From Candidatus Yanofskybacteria bacterium (GTDB lineage: Bacteria > Patescibacteriota > Minisyncoccia > 2-02-FULL-40-12 > GWA2-44-9), in assembly GCA_016181145.1 (NCBI GenBank), contig JACOZW010000023.1:1-48398 (forward strand): a stretch of 48,398 bases of DNA, read 5' to 3'. Shown in pieces: positions 26,152 to 33,800 of this stretch. The position numbers were made by a program, and so were the translations under genes. The first letter of the stretch is position 1. Each line of letters begins with the position of its first letter. The notes under the pieces are model-generated. The model was not told the DNA's origin and did no database searches. It saw only the letters and a program-made list of their open reading frames with translations.

Positions 26152-26826
26152 TTATTTTATTTTATTTTTTAATAACCGTATTATTTCTTCAATAGTTCCG
26201 CTATCTAATATCTGAACGTCGGTATTTTCTATTAGGCCGTTTATTTTTTGACGCGAGGTTACATAAACACCCTTAATCATGCTCGGCATATCACCCAAAT
26301 CAATTTTAGGACTCATAAATACGACTACTGAGGCAACCTTAAAATCACGGCCCATCTTACTCCTTAGTAATTCGCTCAGGGCATAGGACTTCTGGAGAGA
26401 TTGGGTAATAATTCCCTTCAGAATCACGCCGTCCTGAACCAATTCATCACCATCGAAGCTTACCCTCCCATCCCTGTCTTTAGCAACAATGAGCCAGGTA
26501 CCCGAAGGTCCAACAATCGCGTAATCGACTACTGCATTATTAGGCAGCTTGGGTTTTGATAAAACTCTGAATCCTTTTTCAAGTCTATTCAAATCACTGC
26601 CAAAACTCAACATATCTGCCACAAGCTGTACCTGCACCATTGAGCGCTGGATAACCTCGAATATAATATCAACGATAACAAAAAATATTCCAAGCCATAT
26701 AAATCTATAAAGGGGCGTATCGCCAAACCATGAAACAAGCGGAAAAAACCAATTAGCAACGCCAGCTATTACTAGAAGGATAATTAGAAAAACATGTCCG
26801 AAAATTTTGCTGGTGTATTTAGACAT
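26152..26826 (-). CDS. membrane-anchored NERD-like (nuclease-related) domain protein
   Basis: Two N-terminal TM segments, then DYAIVGPSGTWLIVAKDRDG, which resembles the NERD core. Confidence 0.5.
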   Translation of the reverse strand: MSKYTSKIFGHVFLIILLVIAGVANWFFPLVSWFGDTPLYRFIWLGIFFVIVDIIFEVIQRSMVQVQLVADMLSFGSDLNRLEKGFRVLSKPKLPNNAVVDYAIVGPSGTWLIVAKDRDGRVSFDGDELVQDGVILKGIITQSLQKSYALSELLRSKMGRDFKVASVVVFMSPKIDLGDMPSMIKGVYVTSRQKINGLIENTDVQILDSGTIEEIIRLLKNKIK

Positions 26827-26855
26827 CTGTCATAATATAAGACCCGAGGCAGGTT

Positions 26856-27161
26856 CTATGGCATTCTTCTCATCTCATTCTCATAATTGGGAAAGTGACC
26901 CGCAACATCTGCAAGATTAAACTTTTTCATAATAACCTCTTTCTGCTCTTTTTCAAGTAAAAAACGGAAGGTGGCTTTTACTAATTCTGCCGGTTCAATT
27001 CTCCTAACCGTCAGCCTGGTCCAATAATCCTTATCGACATCGACAAAATATTCAATCAAACTATCTCCTTGTCCGACTTCCACAAGAAAAGTCCAGCCAT
27101 CTTCACGCTGACTGACTTCTGTTGCTCGAATACCATCAGAATCTTCATCAAACTCTGCCAT
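26856..27161 (-). CDS. hypothetical acidic 101-aa protein
   Basis: Clean ORF with no recognisable motif. Confidence 0.5.
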   Translation of the reverse strand: MAEFDEDSDGIRATEVSQREDGWTFLVEVGQGDSLIEYFVDVDKDYWTRLTVRRIEPAELVKATFRFLLEKEQKEVIMKKFNLADVAGHFPNYENEMRRMP

Positions 27162-27216
27162 AGATTTATTATAGCATAAATTAACTCAGGGATAATCTAA
27201 TTTTATCAGGATTCCT

Positions 27217-27257
27217 GAGGCGATTCCCAGAAAGTTCCTCCGGTGAACCTTCGCCTT
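27217..27257 (-). repeat. M-motif copy 1 (AAGGCGAAGGTT-hairpin-GGAATCGCCTC, minus orientation)
   Basis: The reverse complement reads AAGGCGAAGGTTCACCGGAGGAACTTTCTGGGAATCGCCTC. It matches 40552-40592 closely. Confidence 0.75.
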
Positions 27258-27368
27258 GCATCAATATGGCGACTAGATGGTCCCGAAAGGCAATAGTCCG
27301 TCGCTCATTAGCTGTTCAACGTTAAATTTCTTTTCCAGGACATAGCCCTTTCCAAAAATGAGCGAGAC

Positions 27369-27397
27369 TTGACATAGCTTACCTAATATTATACACT
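27369..27397 (+). promoter_or_regulatory. promoter of a small membrane ORF
   Basis: TTGACA (27369-27374), 17-nt spacer, TACACT. Confidence 0.4.
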
Positions 27398-27430
27398 CCA
27401 AAAACTTTGAGTTTCTGCCAGGAGAAAATC

Positions 27431-27622
27431 ATGATCAGTTCTTTGTTAAAGAGAATCAGCCTGTTAAAGCTCCTAATTATACTGGCTGCCATAAGTATTG
27501 GCCTGATAATCTATGTTTCCCTGAATTCAAATCAAGGTTTTGTGGCCTGGCTAGATTCTCCAGTTAAAATTTGGCACTTAATGGCATTCTGGGTGATTCT
27601 AAGCCCCTTCCGAAAAAAGTAA
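27431..27622 (+). CDS. small (63-aa) two-TM membrane protein
   Basis: AGGAG 7 nt before ATG 27431, two hydrophobic segments, and a terminator directly downstream. Confidence 0.5.
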   Translation: MISSLLKRISLLKLLIILAAISIGLIIYVSLNSNQGFVAWLDSPVKIWHLMAFWVILSPFRKK

Positions 27623-27625
27623 CTC

Positions 27626-27649
27626 GCCGACCCAACAGTCGGCTTTTTT
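27626..27649 (+). terminator. rho-independent terminator
   Basis: GCCGAC-CCAACA-GTCGGC followed by T6. Confidence 0.7.
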
Positions 27650-27674
27650 ATGCTTTAAAAAAGTTAAGCGAAAA

Positions 27675-28023
27675 GACTATACTCTAGGGAGAAAATAAGC
27701 ATATATCTTCTAAAAGATGAGCTTACCCAATTCATTCACAGACTACATAAAACTCTCCATCATCCGCCAACTGGCGGAGGCAGATGAGTTTTTCCTCAGA
27801 GGATTAGCCAATCTGAAGCAATTGAGACTCCGAGATAGCCCAATGATATAATATCTGGACGCTAGTCCAATCATTGGGCTATCAGAGGAGCGAACTTAGC
27901 TGAGGTCGGATAACTCATGGAGCAAGGCGAAGGTTTTAGGGACGTGCTTTAGCCGTCCCTGGAATCGCCTCGGAGTTATCCGACCGGAGGCGTGCTGAAG
28001 ATGGTTAATCCTCCGAGGAAAAA
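27675..28023. ncRNA. hairpin-dense ORF-poor region, candidate structured RNA (strand unresolved)
   Basis: A 21-position closing helix pairs 27789-27809 with 28003-28023 (19 WC, 1 GU, 1 mismatch). Nested perfect helices are 27834-27847/27870-27883 (14 bp), 27906-27916/27973-27983 (11 bp) and AGGGACG/CGTCCCT (7 bp). Confidence 0.45.
27924..27971 (+). repeat. M-motif copy 2 (same flanks, different internal hairpin)
   Basis: AAGGCGAAGGTT-TTAGGGACGTGCTTTAGCCGTCCCT-GGAATCGCCTC. Confidence 0.7.
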
Positions 28024-28024
28024 G

Positions 28025-29032
28025 TTACAATAATTTCCCTCTCCAGTGAGAATCTATGTAAGAGGCCGCTTCGCTTAACTTGAGTGAGGTGGTGCCATTG
28101 CCGGTACGGATAAAAAAGTCTTCATTCTCTTCAGTCCTTAGATAAGCCGGCCTATCGGCAGGAAGAACATTTACCAGACAAAAATCTTTGCCGTCTTTTT
28201 TTTGCAAAGATAGATCAACAAACTGCCTGAATTCTGGTCCGATCATAGAATGGAAAATGTTGGTAAAATGATTTTGGAAACCATCGGCATTCGATTTAGG
28301 CAGTGACCTGTAATCATTCTCCAGGCCGACAACTTGGCCCGAATCATCAACGCCAATAGCTAAGCGTCCGCCCGCAGAATTAAGAAACGCTGCAATTGTC
28401 TTCATTACCGCCCGCTCCAAACTCTTATTAACTTTATTTAGTTTCATATCCCAACGCAGAGAAGTTTTAAACTCAAGACGCTCATGCTCGCCTCCGCTTA
28501 ACAAACCATTGAATGTATCAGCTGATATTTTATCTGCGTGGGCCACGAGTCCGCCCTTGAGCTGAACTATAAGCTCAGCATACCTCTGTGGTTCTGGAAT
28601 GTGATCCAGAGAAAACTTAGAGTCGCTTTCCTTAAGGTCGATGGTTCCGTATTTAGTAAGTCTGCCTAAGGGACCTTGGCGATAATCAACGGAGTGGATG
28701 AATTTCAGAGGAATTACTGTCTTTTTTCTGAAAATAATACCGCGACCATAAACAATTTTGTCCGGCCGGAACTCGAAATATTCTTTATACCACTGAAAGA
28801 ATATATAAAAAACTAAGCCGGTTTCCAGAATAAAAAGTCCTGCCGCCTCAACTATATGAAAAGATAGAGAACTAGATAACGGCAAGTGCTCATATATTTC
28901 ACCGTAATCAGCCAGAACCGAGGCTAAGAAAAAAACGGCTACTGCCGTCAACTGGAGCACAATAAAGGTCTTAACAATAACAACAGGGCTTTTTTTGACC
29001 ACGAGTTGATTGGTGAAGCCAAATCTATCCAT
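28025..29032 (-). CDS. membrane protein with a bacterial PH (bPH_2) domain and a C-terminal AlbA_2/Schlafen-like domain
   Basis: YRQGPLGRLTKYGTIDL (bPH_2-like). EHERLEFKTSL and AAFLNSAGGRLAIGVDDSGQVVGL (AlbA_2 signature). The start is probably Met 29032; the track start 29068 lies inside the repeat element. Confidence 0.7.
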   Translation of the reverse strand: MDRFGFTNQLVVKKSPVVIVKTFIVLQLTAVAVFFLASVLADYGEIYEHLPLSSSLSFHIVEAAGLFILETGLVFYIFFQWYKEYFEFRPDKIVYGRGIIFRKKTVIPLKFIHSVDYRQGPLGRLTKYGTIDLKESDSKFSLDHIPEPQRYAELIVQLKGGLVAHADKISADTFNGLLSGGEHERLEFKTSLRWDMKLNKVNKSLERAVMKTIAAFLNSAGGRLAIGVDDSGQVVGLENDYRSLPKSNADGFQNHFTNIFHSMIGPEFRQFVDLSLQKKDGKDFCLVNVLPADRPAYLRTEENEDFFIRTGNGTTSLKLSEAASYIDSHWRGKLL

Positions 29033-29143
29033 CCCGTTAGAGATAGTGCTCGCACTCACTATCACCATATGGTGATAGAAATGGTTACATTACCTTAACT
29101 TATAATCTTCCATATTGTCCCGCTAGGGTATCTCTAACGGGAT
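29031..29143. repeat. 113-bp element with 15-bp terminal inverted repeats ATCCCGTTAGAGATA / TATCTCTAACGGGAT
   Basis: It shares the outer 11 nt of its termini with the element at 22488-22560. An inner palindrome CACTATCACCATATGGTGATAG is present. The left terminus overlaps the start codon of the AlbA_2 gene. Confidence 0.8.
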
Positions 29144-29263
29144 CCATGTGCTTATTATGGCGCGATTATTTAATAAAACAAGAGGTGCTCATATATACCC
29201 AAGTCAAAACCAATAAACGGCTTACTGTCAGTCATTATACGATCGACAGTTTTTGTCGTCCAT

Positions 29264-30196
29264 TTATTTTATCCTCGAAGCTATGGCTTTACTGATATTT
29301 TCCTGCCAAGTAGCCGGAGTATGGACTATCCTCTCAGCACCCAAAGCCTTGAGATCACTGCGAGTTTTTGCTTTTTCGGAAATAGGCTGCCAGTATCTCT
29401 TTTCCACCTCATCCCTCAATTCTTCCTTAGAAACTTTTACAGATTCTCCTTCTTTTGATTTTTTAACCCTGATCTCCTCTTCTATCGCTTCCATATCTAC
29501 TTTTTCCGGTAAATCTAGTATAAAAGCAGCATTGCCCTTATAAGGATTTTCTATGACAATAAAATCTCTGTCATTGAAAAATACCACCATATATCCTTTC
29601 AGACCCTTTGAGCGGTTGGCCGATATAAATTTGGCGTCCTTTAATGATCGGAAAAATTCTAGCCTTTCGGGATCAATGACCTTTTCGCCGCCCTCAATAC
29701 CACCTCCATCCACAACAGAATTTTCTTTCTCGGACACCTTATCCTGAGCTGGAATAATATCCAAATCCGTAAGATGGATAAAGGACGGCCCAATCCTCTC
29801 AAGTAAACCGGCGATCTCAAGAGTAATTTCTTCCTGGCTGTATTTCTTGGCTAGTTCGGATGGAATTGGCTGTATGGGTTTTATGGTCCCATTTCGGTTA
29901 ACTGTCCAAGTATGATTTACGTTTTTGCCCGACTCATTTTTACTGAAAATAACGGCATTCAAAGTATTCGCATTTCTTTCACCCGTTTTTCTGTCAGTCG
30001 GACGGGCAAATGCGATCCAACTTATTTCCGGCAGACTGCTCTTAAACGGACCTTCCGGAATAGAATCAAAATCATCCTTGACCGACTTCTCAAATATATC
30101 ATCGATCTGCTGTTTCAAATTTTGAGCCCGCTCCTGTTTATCTGCCCTGCCAAATTCCTCAAAACCACCGAATTTTTTAAAATCTTTTTGTGCCAT
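29264..30196 (-). CDS. hypothetical 310-aa protein
   Basis: Clean ORF 13 nt downstream of cca on the same strand. No recognisable motif. Confidence 0.6.
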   Translation of the reverse strand: MAQKDFKKFGGFEEFGRADKQERAQNLKQQIDDIFEKSVKDDFDSIPEGPFKSSLPEISWIAFARPTDRKTGERNANTLNAVIFSKNESGKNVNHTWTVNRNGTIKPIQPIPSELAKKYSQEEITLEIAGLLERIGPSFIHLTDLDIIPAQDKVSEKENSVVDGGGIEGGEKVIDPERLEFFRSLKDAKFISANRSKGLKGYMVVFFNDRDFIVIENPYKGNAAFILDLPEKVDMEAIEEEIRVKKSKEGESVKVSKEELRDEVEKRYWQPISEKAKTRSDLKALGAERIVHTPATWQENISKAIASRIK

Positions 30197-30209
30197 ATTT
30201 TTTATTATT

Positions 30210-32705
30210 TTATTTTTTAACTATTGACTCAATGATATCAAATACTTTTTCCGGGGCAAGTTGAGAACGAGAACCGTCTGAATTGCGTGGAGCGCCGCCA
30301 ATTGATGATCCCCCACCCCAGCCAGGTTCAATCTTGTTCAGCTCATAGAGTATGGTTCCCTCTTTAGAAACTGGCCCAACAGGAAAATCACTTACCATAT
30401 CTGATTTTTTGGCAATTGTATAAGCGTAACTGCCATCAAGTTGTTGCTGAAAAGCCACCGCTCTGGTATGGCTGGCTTTATAGAGCAAATCGAAGACAAA
30501 ATCATCCGATTCAGCCATCACCCAACCAGTACCTTCTCTTACAATTTTAAAACTTCTTTTATCTTCTTCCGATTCATATTGAAACTGACCACTAACAAAG
30601 TCATCTAGATTCTTAAGGCACTTCTTGAGCAACTCTTTTAGATCCAATTTAGCGTATTCTTTATTCTTCCTTGAGTACCCTTCTGGTTGCATCACTCCTT
30701 TAAAAAATATTTCGGCAAGTCTGGGATCAAGCGCCGTATATGCCGGGCCATGAGCATCAATACCCCCGATAGATTCAACCAGCATCCTGATTAATGAATC
30801 TTTAATCTTATTCGGATGCTGCAAAAGCCAAATAGATAAAACAGTATCACCATCTATGTCGTTTATATAGACATCAAAGCCCGAAGGGTCAAATCCAAGA
30901 AGCAGGGCGTCTAAAATTTGCTGGCAAGTTGCCCGTGTAATTTGACGGCTTACCCGATCGTGATGATCAAAAGAATATCTTCTTCTTTCTGAATCAGAAT
31001 CAGGTCCCTGAACATAACCATCAAGTGCAATGCTATTATTAGGTAGCTCATCGAAGTTCACAGCTTTCCCTCGCTCAATAATGACATTATCAGCTGGCCG
31101 TTCCTTAACCTCAACGCCATTCGTGCTATTACCGGATATTTCAACAAATTTTTTGCGGGCATATTCTTTGGCTTGATCGGTGCTGGTTATCTCGCCGTCA
31201 AGCTGTAGTTCCAGAATCTCTTTCAAGGTTTGTCCCACCATTGTCCCCGGCTTAAATCCGATTTCCAGTAAATCACGGCCCATAATTAATGGCTGAGGTT
31301 TGGATTTTTCAACTGATAATTCCTCTGCTCTTCTCAAAACATCTTCGGCCTTGTCATAATCCATAATTCCACGACCAGATCCGCGTATATCTGCAGTCGC
31401 AAGATTGGCCAGTTCTTTTATCGTGCCGGGATAAACTCTTTTGGCAAGTCGTCTTATGGCCGAATCTGATGGGTCGGGAGCATTGTGGATAAACATGTGA
31501 CACTCAACTAGGCGGAGGACTCTTTCAATTAATTCTTTTTTTATAAAAAGCATCTCGAGGAATTTTTGGCTAGGTTCAAGACCAGCATCCTCATGGCCAT
31601 AAGAAGTTATTTTGCCGTCTTCTTCTTTTGTGGTAGCCGGCTTACCTAAATCATGACAAACAGCAGCCAATAAAAGTATCTTCTTTTCTTCATCAGATAA
31701 TTTTTGTTCGCCGGCTATATCGACAGCTGAATCTATGACCATTTTAGTATGTGTCCAGACATCACCTTCCGGATGATATTTAGGATTTTGAGGAACACCT
31801 ATAAGTGCTTTCAATTCCGGATGTAATTGATCAAGCACCCCCACCTCTAAAGCCAATTCGAGGCCAATACTTGGCTTAGGAGCCTTCATTAGAAGTTTTA
31901 ACCACTCACCACCGATTCTTTCCGGCGACAATTCTCTTAGATCAAGGGTTCTACATAATTCTTTTGTATCTTCATCAATACTAAAACCAAATCGAGCTGC
32001 AAATTGCACCGCCCTTAAGACACGCAATGAATCCTCTGCAAAGGTTTCCTTATCAGTCGCCCTCAAAGTTTTTCTTTTGATGTCTTCTATCCCGCCGTAA
32101 AAATCGAGAATCTCACCGGTTAAAGGATCGAGTGCCAATGCATTTATGGTGAGGTCCCTTCTTCGAGCCGCTTCTTTTACAGACATATATGGATCTCCTG
32201 TTACATCAAAACCTTTATGGCCTTTTCCGGTTTTTGAATCACGCCTTGGGATGGAAATATCAAGCATAGTCGACATTTTTGCCGTATTTAATTTGAATAC
32301 CTTAAAAGCTTCGCCGGCAATTTCCAATTTACCTAATTTATCTAAAATATTTTTTAAAATATCCTGATCAATACCATATACTTCAATATCGATATCTTTG
32401 GGCTTTAAGTTATGGCCGAATTTAGATAAAGCTGCATCCCGAGCAAAACCGCCGACAACCAAGGCCAAACCGCCCCTCTCCTTAACGGCTTCGCAAACTT
32501 TAATAGCCAATTCAATTTCTTCCTTTTCTAAAGGATCTTCTATTCTTTCACGAATAGCATAGAAGCTATCAGTATTCTCTATCAACGCCTGCTCGTGAAG
32601 ACGGTTTCGTTCTTCTTTCCCGGCTTCATCTGATAACGCTTCGAATTTTTCTCTTTCCCGTAGGTCTTCTGGTGTAGTTGGATTAAATTTATCTAAATTT
32701 CCCAT
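30210..32705 (-). CDS. cca: CCA-adding tRNA nucleotidyltransferase with an HD domain and a roughly 290-aa C-terminal extension
   Basis: LVVGGFARD...DIDIEV, RRDLTINALA and EDSLRVLRAVQFAARF (class-II NTase head/neck). HPEGDVWTHT...CHDLGKP (HD domain). The C-terminal part carries FDHHD, DIDGDT, GIDAHG and GWGGGS. Confidence 0.8.
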   Translation of the reverse strand: MGNLDKFNPTTPEDLREREKFEALSDEAGKEERNRLHEQALIENTDSFYAIRERIEDPLEKEEIELAIKVCEAVKERGGLALVVGGFARDAALSKFGHNLKPKDIDIEVYGIDQDILKNILDKLGKLEIAGEAFKVFKLNTAKMSTMLDISIPRRDSKTGKGHKGFDVTGDPYMSVKEAARRRDLTINALALDPLTGEILDFYGGIEDIKRKTLRATDKETFAEDSLRVLRAVQFAARFGFSIDEDTKELCRTLDLRELSPERIGGEWLKLLMKAPKPSIGLELALEVGVLDQLHPELKALIGVPQNPKYHPEGDVWTHTKMVIDSAVDIAGEQKLSDEEKKILLLAAVCHDLGKPATTKEEDGKITSYGHEDAGLEPSQKFLEMLFIKKELIERVLRLVECHMFIHNAPDPSDSAIRRLAKRVYPGTIKELANLATADIRGSGRGIMDYDKAEDVLRRAEELSVEKSKPQPLIMGRDLLEIGFKPGTMVGQTLKEILELQLDGEITSTDQAKEYARKKFVEISGNSTNGVEVKERPADNVIIERGKAVNFDELPNNSIALDGYVQGPDSDSERRRYSFDHHDRVSRQITRATCQQILDALLLGFDPSGFDVYINDIDGDTVLSIWLLQHPNKIKDSLIRMLVESIGGIDAHGPAYTALDPRLAEIFFKGVMQPEGYSRKNKEYAKLDLKELLKKCLKNLDDFVSGQFQYESEEDKRSFKIVREGTGWVMAESDDFVFDLLYKASHTRAVAFQQQLDGSYAYTIAKKSDMVSDFPVGPVSKEGTILYELNKIEPGWGGGSSIGGAPRNSDGSRSQLAPEKVFDIIESIVKK

Positions 32706-32729
32706 ATTAGTAATTCTAGAATTTTATTA

Positions 32730-32763
32730 TCAAAAACAAAAGGCCGAACTATGACAGTTCGGC
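32730..32763 (-). terminator. terminator of the GC-rich island operon
   Basis: Minus strand: GCCGAAC-TGTCATA-GTTCGGC followed by CTTTTGTTTTT. The stop codon of the last ORF lies in the loop. Confidence 0.65.
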
Positions 32764-32907
32764 TCGAATATCCTTTCGGGAACTTTCTTTCTCCTGGCCA
32801 CGGCGGTATTTCCCGCCCTTGGTCGGTTGATGGGCTCCGCCACCTGCTCGCTTGATTGCCGGCAGACGAACTTTCAGGTACATCGACTTTTGCTTTTTCT
32901 TTTTCAT
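32749..32907 (-). CDS. very basic 52-aa protein (MKKKKQKSMYLKVRLPAIKRAGGG...)
   Basis: GGAGGAACGATC directly precedes ATG 32907. The longer track ORF start at 32958 lacks an SD. Confidence 0.5.
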   Translation of the reverse strand: MKKKKQKSMYLKVRLPAIKRAGGGAHQPTKGGKYRRGQEKESSRKDIRAELS

Positions 32908-32933
32908 GATCGTTCCTCCATTATAACAAAAGA

Positions 32934-33290
32934 TTAAGAATACTCGATAGAGATCCAATCACGGGTTGAGGTAAGGTAGAAAACCCTTTTAATTCCTGCG
33001 GCTTCCAATAATTTCTGACATTTCTGACATGGCTTTGAGGGTACGAATTTACCATTTCTGACCCTCATACCAGCAACATAAATTGTTGATCCCTTCAGGC
33101 GATTACGATTCGCCCTGCGAATGGCTAAAGCCTCGGCACACTCACCAAGACCATCAACACCGGCATGGTTCCAGCCCCAGCTGAATATTCTGCCGGTACG
33201 ATCCGTAATTACCGCCGCAACGCGAACATTGCATGATGAACGATCAATCAGGTCAATAGCTAAATCCATCGGCGAACATCTCGTATTCAA
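32934..33290 (-). CDS. cytidine/deoxycytidylate-deaminase-fold zinc enzyme (118 aa)
   Basis: GECAEALAI (C/HAE) and PCQKCQKLL (PCxxC) 32 residues apart. TTG start 6 nt after AGGAGG. Confidence 0.7.
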   Translation of the reverse strand: MNTRCSPMDLAIDLIDRSSCNVRVAAVITDRTGRIFSWGWNHAGVDGLGECAEALAIRRANRNRLKGSTIYVAGMRVRNGKFVPSKPCQKCQKLLEAAGIKRVFYLTSTRDWISIEYS

Positions 33291-33300
33291 GGGGCTCCTC

Positions 33301-33534
33301 CTATGCTACATCCCAACCAGTCAGACGGTAACCGAGCTGTGGTTCAACAAGGTCATAATCGCCGCTAGCGACTACCTTGTTAAATTCTCGATTTGCCACT
33401 CGCCGAAAGCGACGACGAGCACCTTTCTTCATGGGCCCGAGATTGAGCCTCACTACTCGATGGGCCATCTCACGAGCATTCCGATCGGTCACCATTTTTT
33501 CCCGCATCTTACCCTCATCCTTATTAATTAGCAC
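33301..33534 (-). CDS. hypothetical basic protein (77 aa; may start at Met 33507)
   Basis: ORF in the operon frame, with a 7-nt overlap with the upstream ORF. Confidence 0.45.
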   Translation of the reverse strand: MLINKDEGKMREKMVTDRNAREMAHRVVRLNLGPMKKGARRRFRRVANREFNKVVASGDYDLVEPQLGYRLTGWDVA

Positions 33535-33785
33535 TTAGCATATAATACAGCAAAAAAAATCCCAGTCAAGATTATTGGGAGAAAATCAGTGGGCGCTCCG
33601 GCTACATGACTTATTGGGCATGCTTTCGCAATGCCCTCATGCATATTGCGCCAGATATTCCACAATCCCCTCCCACCAAAAACTTCTCGCTTGAAAAATC
33701 TTTGATAGAAGGCCGAATCAAGGTGATTCGGCAGCTCTGACATCCCCAGAGCAAATGAGAAGTGTTCGTATTTTGAGCCCAACAC
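33528..33785 (-). CDS. hypothetical protein with a C-terminal TM segment (85 aa, GTG start)
   Basis: GGGAG 7 nt before the GTG, and a hydrophobic C-terminus FLPIILTGIFFAVLY. Confidence 0.4.
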   Translation of the reverse strand: MLGSKYEHFSFALGMSELPNHLDSAFYQRFFKREVFGGRGLWNIWRNMHEGIAKACPISHVAGAPTDFLPIILTGIFFAVLYAKC

Positions 33786-33800
33786 ACAAGGCTCCCTTGC

